Source: the human T2T-CHM13v2.0 reference genome, Homo sapiens
DNA length: 64,000 bases
Reading direction: 5' to 3' (one strand)
NCBI RefSeq assembly: GCF_009914755.1
Contig: NC_060933.1
The first letter of the stretch is position 1, and the number at the start of each line of letters is the position of its first letter. The translations under genes were made by a program, and so were the position numbers. Below, in pieces: positions 1 through 13,238 of the stretch. The notes under the pieces were generated by a model that was not told where the DNA came from, searched no databases, and worked only from the letters and a program-made list of their open reading frames with translations.

Positions 1-94
1 CTCTAGGTCCTTGAATTTCAAATTGTTTACTTGAAATTGTTTCAAATAACCTGAATCCAGTTTATCCCTAATCTATTTGTCATTTTCTAATATG

Positions 95-250
95 GCTGTG
101 CTTTAGAATCATCTAGGGAGTTTTTAATCAGTATTGGGGCCCATCCTGGTGTAAGTCAGAATCTTGGGTGTGTGGCTTGTTCCTTGATTTTTTTTTTTAC
201 CAGCTTGTTAGGAGATTATAATGTGTATGAAAACTGAGAACCATTGCTGT
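95..250. mobile_element. MER5A-like hAT-Charlie MITE, degraded
   Basis: ttagaatcatctagggag...tcagaatct...tgagaaccattgc resembles MER5A (recall). Confidence 0.55.
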
Positions 251-393
251 ACACTTTTATAACCATTTGCATTTTTGTCTGGGTTTTCATTTCTTTTTTA
301 TTGGTTTGTCAGTCTCATATATGTCCCTTATTCAAAACAGATATACTTCTCCTTATTCTTCTAAGTGTAATTTGATTTCCTGTTTTTTTCTAG

Positions 394-640
394 GTGAGAT
401 GCTGCAGTGTGTGTCACTTTATTCACTTGAATCAGAATTCAGCTTTGTATATTGAATCCCAATTTTTATGGTTACATCTGAAGAGATAATCACCTATTTG
501 ATATTAACTGTAGAATCAGTCTTTGAAATTTATAATCTGAAGCATTACTAACTGCATTAAAGAACATTAACTGTTTTGTGACTTACACAGTTATTTCTTA
601 TTAATATGAATAAATTTGCAAAACTACTTGAATCATCCTG
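394..640 (+). other. KDM4C: Candidate alternative terminal exon of KDM4C, or recursive splice site, in the intron before exon 9
   Basis: tttcctgtttttttctag|gtgaga. Phase-0 frame is open for 31 codons (VRCCSVCHFIHLNQNSALYIESQFLWLHLKR, TAA 487-489). ATTAAA 556-561, AATAAA 609-614, GU/U-rich tract 641-668. Confidence 0.55.
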
Positions 641-819
641 CCATTCCTTTGGTGGCATTTGTTAGTTTCAAATAACTCTTAAGCAGAAATGCAGTACCTT
701 TTCTTATAGTAGATATTTATCTGAACAGTAGGATTTCGTTCTAAATATACGTACTTATAAAAGTGACCTTGTAGAAAGGCAAATAGTATTGACATGGTGA
801 TGATATGACACTTTCCTCA

Positions 820-2229
820 TTTTTTTTTTTTTTTTAGTGTGCTGTTTGCATTTTTTTTTTTTTTAATTGATCATTCTTGGGTGTTTCTCGCAGAGGGGGA
901 TTTGGCAGGGTCATAGGACAATAGTGGAGGGAAGGTCAGCAGATAAACAAGTGAACAAAGGTCTCTGGTTTTCCTAGGCAGAGGACCCTGCGGCCTTCCG
1001 CAGTGTTTGTGTCCCTGGGTACTTGAGATTAGGGAGTGGTGATGACTCTTAACGAGCATGCTGCCTTCAAGCATCTTTTTAACAAAGCACATCTTGCACC
1101 GCCCTTAATCCATTTAACCCTGAGTGGACACAGCACATGTTTCAGAGAGCACCGGGTTGGGGGTAAGGTCATAGATCAACAGGATCCCAAGGCAGAAGAA
1201 TTTTTCTTAGTACAGAACAAAATGGAGTCTCCTATGTCTACTTCTTTCTACACAGACGCAGCAACAATCTGATTTCTCTATCTTTTCCCCACATTTCCCC
1301 CTTTTCTATTCGACGAAACCGCCATCGTCATCATGGCCCGTTCTCATTGAGCTGTTGGGTACACCTCCCAGACGGGGTGGCGGCCGGGCAGAGGGGCTCC
1401 TTACTTCCCAGAAGGGGCGGCTGGGCAGAGGCGCCCCCCATCTCCCGGACGGGGCGGCTGGCCGGGTGGAGACGCTCCTCACTTCCCAGACGGGGCGGCT
1501 GCTGGGCGGAGGGGCTCCTCACTTCTTAGACGGGGTGGCTGCCGGGCGGAGGGGCTCCTCACTTCTCAGACGGGGCGGCCGGGCAGAGACGCTCCTCACC
1601 TCCCAGACGGGGTTGCGGCCGGGCAGAGGCGCTCCTCACATCCCAGATGATGGGTGGCCGGGCAGAGACGCTCCTCATTTCCTAGACGGGATGGCGGCCG
1701 GGAAGAGGCGCTCCTCACTTCCCAGACTGGGCAGAGGGGCTCCTCACATCCCAGACGATGAGTGGCCAGGCAGAGACGTTCCTCACTTCCCAGACGGGGT
1801 GGCGGCTGGGCAGAGGCTGTAATCTCGGCACTTTGGGAGGCCAAGGCAGGCGGCTGGGAGGTGGAGGTTGTAGCGAGCCAAGATCACGCCACTGCCCTCC
1901 AGCCTGGGCACCATTGAGCACTGAGTGAACGAGACTCCATCTGCAATCCCGGCACCTCGGGAGGCCGAGGCTGGCAGATCACTCGCGGTTAGGAGCTGGA
2001 GACCAGCCCGGCCAACACAGCGAAACCCCGTCTCCACCAAAAAAAATACGAAAACCAGTCAGGCGTGGCGGCGCGCGCCTGCAATCGCAGGCACTCAGCA
2101 GGCTGAGGCAGGAGAATCAGGCAGGGAGGTTGCAGTGAGCGGAGATGGCAGCAGTACAGTCCAGCTTCGGCTCGGCATCAGAGGGAGACCGTGGAGGGAG
2201 AGGGAGACCGTGGGGAGAGGGAGAGGGAC
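820..2229 (-). mobile_element. SVA retrotransposon, antisense to KDM4C, near full length with short hexamer head; older SVA_B/C-like SINE-R
   Basis: Poly-T 851-864 (and 820-835), SINE-R ~865-1360, GC-rich VNTR ~1365-1815, Alu-like domain ~1815-2175, (AGAGGG)n ~2180-2228. Candidate TSD CATTTTTTTT at 818-827 and 2230-2239. Confidence 0.95.
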
Positions 2230-2439
2230 CATTTTTTTTGTTAATGAAGCCAAAGAATCAGAGATAAATTGATGTTCTTTGTGGATTTTTGAGATCCCTG
2301 CATTAATTGATTTAAGGCTCAAGTATAACTAGCTTATTTAGCCCAAGGAGTCACATTTCTTCATAGTTAACTTTTGAAACTTCTCTGGCCACCCATGTGG
2401 CTGGTTTTTTTTTTTTTTTTGGTGGAGTATCTTTTCTTG

Positions 2440-2555
2440 TTTTTTTTTTTTCCTCAAGCTTTATTGAGATATAGTGGACAAATAAAAATGGTATGTATTT
2501 ACAGCATACAATGTGATGTTTTGAGATACATAAATATTTTGAAATGATTAGCAAA
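2440..2555 (-). mobile_element. L1MA-type 3' end fragment
   Basis: T-tract then ctttattgagatatag...acagcatacaatgtgatgttttgagatacata. Confidence 0.55.
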
Positions 2556-3377
2556 TTTTATTATAGAAGGTTGTCTTGAACCTTAAATTCTCCTTTCCAG
2601 AGGTTTTATTGATGTGAACTATTCTTTCTATAGTTCATTATGATTTTTCCCTTGTGTTTGTTAATGTTGGCATTTTAAATAATCATGGTAAGTAGAAATC
2701 TATGTTTAGAATGAAGAAAATTACACTGATCTAGGCTTTTTTGTTTTTGGTTTTATTTTTCCCTGTCTTTGAGAGTGCAGCCTCTAGGTATGGGGTAAAT
2801 TCATCCATACAGATTTTAGAGTGTTGATAGATTTGAGGGGAAGTATTTATGTGAAAACCTGTACTGGACAGTTGTTAATATGGATCCCTACTAAATTCAA
2901 AGCAAATTTAAGCTGCCTCATTGTCACTTAGCAATTAGATGATCATCAAATGCTGGTTTAAGTGAGATTATCTCTGTATTCTGTTTATTAATACTGATTA
3001 AACTCAAAACTAGCTCTTCTAGCTAGCCAATGTTCCCTCCTGATAACGTTTATTGTAGCTGCTTATTATCATTTACATAAAAGTTGAAGTTTTCAGGGAG
3101 AGAAAGCATACTTTTTTATGGTTAACCAACTAATAAATACCTTTAAGGAGGTGCATATGCCTTTTCATGGTTCATCCGGTTCAGTATCTTTTCTTTGACT
3201 GCTCTACCAAAAAGCTGTGGCTGAGTTAAAATCTCAGATCCTTAGTAGTCATGCCATGAACCTTTCCTTAAATGTTTCAGATAACAGAAAATACTTGAAT
3301 TTTGGGGGGAGGAGGAATAGCTTTACAGTACTTATTCTTTGCCATCTCTGAAGGGAGGCATTCATTTATTCATTCTT

Positions 3378-3682
3378 TAATATTTTTAAATTTTATTTTA
3401 TTAATTTTTTTTTAACTTGACAATAGTTGTACATATTCATTGGGTACATAGTGATGTTTTAATACATACAATTTATAGTGATCAGTCAGGGTAATTCACA
3501 TACCCATCATCTCAAACACTTATCATTTCTTGGTGTTGGGAACATTCAATGTCTTCTTTCTTAGCTATTTGAAATTATATATTTCTATTAACTATAGTCA
3601 TCCTACAGTGGTATGGAACACTAGAACTTATTGCTTCTATCTAGCTGTAACTTTGTATCCTTTAACACATCTCTCCCTGTCC
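3378..3682 (-). mobile_element. L1MA-type 3' UTR fragment
   Basis: T-rich tail then gtacatattcattgggtacatagtgatgtttt...actagaacttatt... Confidence 0.7.
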
Positions 3683-4693
3683 TTATATGCTTTTGAGTTA
3701 TAAATTAAAACCTGATAATAAACTCTGTCTTCTGGACTCTGAAGCCCAGTATCAGTTTCTTCTAGTCATGATCTGATTACATTCTGGTGCCCTTATGGAG
3801 ACTGATACATCCCATGAGATTATGGGCACCACTAGTTGCATTTTGTTTTTTGTTGGGAGTCGGCTTTCTATGAAAAAGAGGAATGTCTTGGGAACAGGAG
3901 TTAAGAGTGTGTATTTATGGTGGGGGCTATTGAGTATCTCTTGTAACCAGAACTGACCATTTAAGCCGAGTGTTAAACTCTGTGCAATCTACAGATAATT
4001 ATAACAGGACAATTACCCATGGTATACAGTTTAGACATAACTTTGGGAAAACACTTAACTGTATTGAGAATTTGACTGTCATTGTCCTATTTCATGCATT
4101 TAATCATGTAGCATAGAGATGCCCAAATTCATTTATAATTAAAAGAGAAAAATTTGTATGATTTACTTCACTTAGTACTTTGTATGTGAATTGGGTATGA
4201 AGTCATGAAAACAATAGCAATATTATTTAAACGACACGTTATAAATATATGATTATGATAATTGATCTTTTGTCATTTTAAGTTTTAAATTTTTTTTTCT
4301 CTTTATGCCTTTAATATTGGGGTATGGCAGTGTGATTTTTGAAAATTGACCCTGCTGTTACTTAGCTCATATTTAAAAAATATAATAACCAGAGTTTATA
4401 AGGCTGAACTTAAATGGGCTTAAAAAATACATTGTTGATGATACTGTAAACTGATTTAATCTTTATGAAAGGAAATTTGAGGAAAATGTTTGAAAATTTA
4501 CAAAATGCACCCCCTACAACCTGACATTTTATTTCTGAAAAGTTGATCTAAGGATTTAGAAATAGTTATTGGTATATGTAAAGATGTTTAACATAGAGTT
4601 ATTTAAAACAGCAAAGCAAAGCAACCTGATGGTACGCCTATGTCCAAGAGTAAAGGGTTAGATAAATAAATCAATCGTGGTACAGTTTTATAG

Positions 4694-5114
<421 letters not shown>

Positions 5115-6199
5115 TAAAAGAAAGATCATGTGCAGTATTTGTTCCAGTGACATAAGTGCTCTTAGAAAGATGAACGTAAGATAAATAGGTTAAATGTGGT
5201 TCTCTATAAGTGGTTGTTATTTTCTTTATGATAGTCCTTGTTACTCAACATTTGTACAGTGAGCACGGTTTGCAGTTGGGGGAGGGAGATCTAATATTTT
5301 TAAAGATTTTACTTCTTTAAATGACTGGTACTTGCATTTTTATGTGATGTCATTTTAAAAATGGTTTAAGGCAGCAGAATGAATATGATAAAATGTAATG
5401 CATTATCTGAGCCATTTTCATGATTAATTGATACTTTACTATTTTAGATGTTAGAAAATTCCTTGCCAACGTTTCTCTGTAAAATAGCTGGAGTAGGCAG
5501 TAGATCTTTTTTGTTCATTTTAGCTTATTTTATGAATGGATATTTATTATGAAAAGCATCAGACATCTCCCTTTCACTCAAACAAGACAGCCTGAGTGTT
5601 CTCACTTGAAATATAGAGTGGTCTGTGTATTTAATCACCAGCTTATTCAGCAGTTTTGATTCTCATGGAGTAAAGGCTTTCCCGCCTTTATTTTTTGAAG
5701 ATGAAATTGAGAGATTTAAACATAATTTATTCTGCTTTGACCTATGGTTTGAATTAACTTGGCTGTTTGCATTTATTTTCAAAAGAAACATTTAATACTT
5801 GCAATGCAATAATCTGATCAATCTCTTTGTCTTTCAAATTGCTCTGGAGGCTGTTCTAAGCTGCCTAGACTATAAAGCTTTCTTTTATTAGAATATGAAA
5901 TATAAAATTGATTTTGATAGCTCATTTTGAAAATAATGTGTATTTAAGGGAGTAATATTTTGTTTCAAATAAAAGTCTCAGTGTACCATGTTATACAAAT
6001 ATTTTACCAATTCATGTGGACCTTTTCTTGCTGATCCTCAGATATGATTTGTGACCTTTGAGAGAACGGAGGATTTTTAAAAACGTCAACTATAGAATTA
6101 GTTATGAGTAATAGTGAATACACTGATTTTCCTAATATGCCACCATATCATCCCTATTTTCTTCTCCCAAACTTGAATGGTATTCTCTGCTTCCTGCTG

Positions 6200-6800
6200 C
6201 CTCATCATCATTACATATTCACTTCTTGACCCTTGGAAATCTGGTTCCTCTTCCAACCATTTAGCTGAATTTGCTCTCCAAAGTCAGCACATACCTAGTT
6301 TTTATATTAAAGTCTTCATCTTGAATTTACCTTTTCAGCCTCTCTGAGGTTTCAGAAGTAGCTGTCGGGGGTCAGCAAACCTTGCGCATAGGACTTCTTT
6401 GCTTTCTCTTCCTTCACTGCATTCATGGATACTTCACCTCATTCTATGCTCACATCAAACCAGTCAGGCAGTATACATTCTCAGCTGAATTGTCTCCTCC
6501 ATGTCTTCTGTCCCTTCGTACACAGATACATAGGATTCTGATCCTATATATCTTTCAGTGTCTAGTTCAAACAGCAGGGCTGCCTTTCCCATGCAATATG
6601 ACTTTCTCCTCTTTTCTCCTGAGACTCTTGGAATGTCTGCTTAGTACTCGGTCACGTCAATGTCTTCATAGTATGTTTGTTTTTATGTTCCTGGAAGAGT
6701 GGGGCTATGGTATAATTAATTATGTCTGTATTTTCGTAGAACTCTGCACAATTCCTGCACCCATCAGCTCATAATTGTTTGTTATATTGAATAAAATGAA
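6200..6800 (+). mobile_element. L2 fragment ending in L2 3' tail
   Basis: Pyrimidine-rich body ending aattgtttgttatattgaataaaatgaa. Confidence 0.5.
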
Positions 6801-8374
6801 GGATTTTATTGACAATGAACTATTCTGGTAGCTACTCTTGACAAGTCTCAGACATGATCTTTTTATTTGTCTGTTCACGATGTGTTAGCCTGGGGACCAA
6901 GGAGAGGCCTTATTGATCTATCTATAAAATTATATGAAAAATCCTTATATATGTTAATAATGTGCAGGTTTCTGGAGTTTGGATTCATAGCTTTGAGGAA
7001 ATTGTGAAAGGCAGCTTTTACAAGGCTAAGATATTCTAATTTAAATGATTTAGCATTCTATGTAACTTCTTAAAAGTACCTAGCCCAACAATGGAGAGTG
7101 AAAGCCAGTAACTATTGTCAGGTCAGTTGAGAATCTCTGAATGGGCAGACTTCATGTACCCACTCCCTATTTCATGGGTTTTAGTATTTGGCAAATTCAG
7201 AAAATTCTTGTTTAGTTCCATTTAGGGTTAAGTAATTTGACCAGGAACAGAATATTGCAAATTGGGAATTAAAGGCCAGAATCCGATACTAATTATTTTG
7301 CTTCAGTCTCTAGTACTGCAGGAGGCATCAGGGACTTTCTGTTGGAAGAGTGGGAACTCTTTATTAGTTTGCTAACGTGAACAATGATGTACTAAAGGAA
7401 TTTTGTGGCTAGACCCCTCTTCCTCCCCTTCAGGAACAGGTGCATCTCCTGGGAGCATAAAAGGTCCATTGCTGGTTACTGGATGGTGAAAGCCTTTGGG
7501 CTTCCAGACTAGAGCCAAGATCTGAATGCCTCTCTATATTTTAGCAGAAATTCTTCTACTGTGGGGTGGTAGGAGTGGACAGAGTTTTAATAGTATCAGT
7601 TTTTGGTCAGTGATAGGAGAAAGAGGTAATCAGTTCCTTAGGTGGGGTAAGGCACAGAGAGATGAAATGCCCAATGCACAGTTGTGTCAGTAGGTTTTGG
7701 TTTTACCTTTGAATAGAGACAAAGCTGTTTGCTGTTTTGTTTCTTGTCCTTGGTTCACCCTTTGTTTTTCATGCAGTGCAGTGGACCATGACTCAGGCCC
7801 TGCAGAGCTGAGTATAGAGGCCCCTTTTCCAAGAGCAGAGCAGGATGCCTTTGATCTGGATTCACATAATCATTCAGCCCTCTTATTGTGTTGCCTGCAT
7901 ATTTGCATGGAATCTGTGCCGCAGCTTTATCGAAGTATGACTCTAGAAAAGGAAAACGTGACCAGCCTCTGATTAATGGCATGATGGCTTTTAACGTTTG
8001 GCGCTTGAAATTTTTTCAGCTTTTCCCTTTCTTCTTATGTAAAATAGTTATAATCTTTTGGCTCCTTGCCACATTTGCCTTATGAGCAGTACCAAGTCAG
8101 TTAACTCAGTTGTGGAGAAAAATACACACTCTGTATCAAAGTGTCTCAGAATTTGATGTATTAACTTTAATTTCCAGAGCAAGTCACTAACCGCAGATGG
8201 AACACAGTGACGCTTTGTCTAGTACAAAATTGTTCTCAATCTTTATAATGCTAGTAAAAGAGCACAATACAACCAGTTGTCTTTAGCTAGGGTTGGAAAT
8301 ACAACAGAACTGTGCCACCTCTGCCTCTGCCTCATTTCCAGAGTGTGTTTTAGTTCCTTCAGAAACTGCAGTGT

Positions 8375-8776
8375 GCACATGTTGTCACTTATTTATGAGA
8401 TCTAAAAATCAAAAGAATTGAACTCATGGACATGGTAGAAGGATGGTTACCAGAGGCTGAGGAGGGTAGTTGGGGGTGGTGATGGGGAGGTGGGGATGGT
8501 TAATGGGTACAAAAAAATAGATTTAATAAGATCTACTAGTTGATACCACAATGTGGTGACTATAGTCGATAATAACTTAATTGTACATTTAAAAATCTAC
8601 TTCAAGAGTGTAATTGGATTGTTTGTAACTCAAAGGATAAATGCTTGAGGGGATGGATACTCCATTCCCCATGATGTGCTTATTTCACATTGCATGCTTG
8701 TATCAAAACACCTTATGTACTCCACAAATATACACACCTACTAAGTACCCATAAAAATTTAAAAAATTAAAAAAAA
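8375..8776 (+). mobile_element. L1MA2/3-like 3' end with A-tail
   Basis: acatgttgtcacttatt...ggttaccagaggctg...gtacccataaaaatttaaaaaattaaaaaaaa. Degenerate TSD aaactgcagtgtg / aaattgtaatgtg. Confidence 0.8.
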
Positions 8777-8879
8777 TTGTAATGTGGGTGCGGACGAAGG
8801 CTATCTTGTAATTGGTGTTTGTTGCCCACTAAAAGGGTCAAATGTCACCTCACCTGTTTTTCTGAAACTCCATTTCTAA

Positions 8880-9075
8880 GTTGGGTTGGCACACTATACC
8901 CCCCTGCCTGTATTTGTAAATAACATTATTTTGGGACACAGCCATGCTCATTTGTTTATGTATTATCTAAGGTTGCGTTTGTACTACAATGGCTGACTTG
9001 AGTGGTTGTGACAAAAGATCATATAATACACAGAGCCTAAAATATTTTTACAGAAAGATATCACCAATCCCTTCT
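8880..9075. mobile_element. MER58A-like hAT-Charlie MITE
   Basis: ctgcctgtatttgtaaataa...cacagccatgctcatttgtttatgtatt...agcctaaaatattt. Confidence 0.7.
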
Positions 9076-10129
9076 TTATGAGGTCTGACCAGGCCCAGGG
9101 ACCTCATGTATTTAGATGTTGTCTGTGCAGCTTAGGTGATTAACCAGCTGGCATGCTTTATGTTTTTTGGTAGCAGAATCTTTCTTTTATCAAGGCATAG
9201 TAGGGTATCCCTTTCTTTGGCTTCAGAGCTCAGCTGGAGCGCTATAGTTTCTGGTAGTGTCTCTGGTACTGAAGCCTTCTCTGCCATCCTCTGGCTTGGT
9301 TCTGTTTCTGAAATAGTGTCTTACTGGTCAGGCAGTGTTAAGTTGCAGTCTTTCTCACAGTTGCAGCTCTTACATTTGGTTACGATGGACAAGGGACCAG
9401 CTGGCTTTGCTGACCCACTTCATAGTGGGGCTGATTAATATGAGCCATTATCTTCTGTTTGTGATATTTTTCAAGCTGCATTATCTAGAGGTAGAAAATA
9501 ATGACTCTGGCATAAGCTGTTTTATTTGTAATGCCTTGCAAACACATGTGCAAATTCTCCCTGGCACACAGCTGCTTAGGAAGATTATGTTCTGCATAAT
9601 GCTGCCTGTTGTCACTTTTGATACTTATTTTTATCACAAGTCCTTTTCTATGTTTCATTATAAATATTGTGCACTAACCCTACCATCTATTTTCTTTACA
9701 AGATGACTAGTTGCAAGAAGGAAAGCTGTGTCCTGCCTTTTATGAGGGTTTTTGGCATTCGCTTTCCATTGAAACTCTCTTATGGGACCCTGTTCTTTCC
9801 AGGGAAAAGAAACCTGCCTTTTGGCCACTTTTAGAGCTTGTCAATACCACCATGATATTAGGTAATTTTTTTTTTTCTGCAGTAATAGCAGCCACAGTGG
9901 TAGTGGCAGCGACATTGTCGGAGAATACTGGTAGGTCACCACCACCACCATAAGAGATCAAACGTGGAGGCTGCTGTTTCTCTGTGTTGTGACTGATATT
10001 TTCTTTTGGTTGCACAATTGTGTTGTTTGTGAAATGGAACCAGGAGTGGGTCTGGGTGTTCATGTTATAGCAGGAGCCATGTCAAGCCAGGGTGGTGGGG
10101 AGGGGGTGAAAACATGGCATGCACTCAGC

Positions 10130-10240
10130 TCCAGAATCAGAGAGCTGGGTCTGCATACTGGCCCTCTTGCTTCTTGGCTAGAAACCCTTGTGCAAACTGC
10201 CTAACCCTCCTGAACCTCATGTTCATGGACAATAAAACAC
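10130..10240 (+). mobile_element. MIR fragment
   Basis: gaatcagagagctgggt...cttgtgcaaactgcctaaccctcctgaacctca. Confidence 0.5.
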
Positions 10241-10655
10241 AATTCGAGTACATATATTTTTAATTGATGATGGTAATAATAAACAGTGTTATCGAAAGCC
10301 TGTAGAATCCGTGTTTGAGGGCCATGGAGAAGTTGGGTGGTGAGACGGTGTGACCTCCAAGTATATTGCTTCTCCGAGGGAGAGAACAATTGTAGACATA
10401 TAAACATTAGTTATAACAACTGAGGGTTTGCTTCAGCAAAGTAGCTTTTTTTTTTTTTTTTAATAATTGCTTGTAGATACTCTTTTTATTGCAGGGACAG
10501 AAAGTTTTTCTCCAACCAGGTGTTTCCAAAAGTGACTCACAATGCCGTCTTTCACCTGTTAACTCTGCAGTCTTGTCAAACAATTAATAATAATACAATA
10601 GTATTTTTACTAGAAATTATTTAACTACTGTGACAGCAGCTAAGGATAAGAATTA

Positions 10656-10966
<311 letters not shown>

Positions 10967-11050
10967 TCACACTGAGTAAGGAATATTTACTTTTTCCCCC
11001 TAGTAGTTTGGCTATAATGTTAAAAATACATTATGCCTTTCTTTATATGA

Positions 11051-11350
<300 letters not shown>

Positions 11351-12622
11351 TGATAGGTTCAATAGAAGGAAATCATAAAGTTCCTTTTATGCCTCCTTTT
11401 TAAAGCCTGGAGCCTAGAATAAAACATTTATAGTCCTGACCAAGTTTTCTCTTCCTTTTTCAGAGATATCCAGGAACCCAGTGAACAAATGACTTAGCTT
11501 GATGTAGATTTACCCCCAAACACTACTTTTAAAAGAAGTAGGTGAGAAGAGGAGCACTAGAGAGCCCAGTTTTCTTCATGGTTTTATCGTCTGTTTGAAA
11601 TCCCCATGCTGGTCCCACCATGTAGTCCCAGATGTTACTTTTTATTTGACCATAGTTAGAGGAGTGGATGTCAGAGTCCCCTCACTCTTGAAAGTGTTGG
11701 TCTGTTTCTTTGCCTCCCTGTCCTTTTCTTCAGATACTAGACTGTGGTACCTGTCAGAGGCTCTTGGAGAATATGCCTTGAAGAATGATTTCTGAACTTT
11801 GGTCTGCCTATTGTATTTTAAGTGTACTCACTCTGTCTTGCTTGTCGTTATCTTAGCATAGTGCCACCTGATACACAGAAGCTACATATTTACTCTGAGC
11901 AACTGCAAGAGCCAGCTGGTAGGTTTTTACACTGGTAAAATTTACTGAGGAAGTTTGTATCTACTGTCATTCTATAGATTTGTTTCAATTTAAGAGTTTA
12001 TATTATAGTTAATAAGACAACTTCAAGAAGAGTATGTGAATTGTAGTATATAGTCATGGCATGTTAATTCTGTGAAATTGTAGTCTAGTTAGGCTACACG
12101 AATTATGACTACTCATAAGTTGTTTACACCAAATAACATGACGGATATATATGTCTTCCTTTCAGTTGTAATAAAAGGAAATGCCTGTCAACTTAATTTA
12201 TCACCAGGCATGTTCTTATTTAAAGCCTCTTAAAATGAAATAAAAGCCTGACCTAAGATTATGGTTACTACGAAAGTGACAACAGCTGTGGGGGCCTCTG
12301 CTGCCATACTAACAACTGTGTAGCCCGTATGAAAAGCTGTTACATCCAGTGAATGCTTGTAGATACAGAAACGATTAAAGTAATCCTCCCAAGCAGAAGT
12401 CTGAGAGGCCATCTGATCCAAGTCCCTGAGAGATTCCTTAGGGGTCAAGACCTTCCCCAAGTCACAATGGAGAAAAAGCTTGGCCAATATTCCTTTCCCC
12501 ATTCCCTCTCTACTCCAGGGCAGAACTGCTGCAGTCCTGATATTTATTACAGATGCATATACTGTTTCATTCCACAAAGACTGTGAAGCAGTTGAAAGAA
12601 GGATAAATGGAAGCTCTTTTAA

Positions 12623-12947
<325 letters not shown>

Positions 12948-13118
12948 TAGGAAAAAAGGAAGTTCTTTAAAGAGTGTCGTAGGGAGAAAGATGGTTTAAA
13001 GATGATTTCACACTGACACAAATTTTCATGTACATGTGTATCCATTTGTCCCATATCTGAATGCCCACCCTTTGTAGGCAGTAAACAGTCTCTTTCTCCA
13101 AGTTGCTTAGACCCAGTG

Positions 13119-13238
13119 CAGACATTCTCAGCTTCAGCAATATTGTCATTTTTAGCAGCATCCTGGCCTTTAGAAATGCCTTCAGGCATTCTCAAATATC
13201 CCCTAGGAAGCAAAAATCACCTGCAGTTGAGAACCACT
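13119..13238 (-). mobile_element. MER20 (hAT-Charlie), internally deleted
   Basis: Reverse complement reads tagtggttctcaac...gatttttgc...ggccaggatgctgctaaa...ctgagaa. Confidence 0.65.

Noticed and set aside
1365-1815. Regularly spaced repeats superficially like a CRISPR array
   Set aside because: SVA VNTR in a primate intron: degenerate tandem units, no unique spacers, no cas genes.
871-2322. Several 60-155 aa ORFs on both strands
   Set aside because: All lie within the SVA; GC-rich VNTR and Alu-like sequence lack stops by composition.
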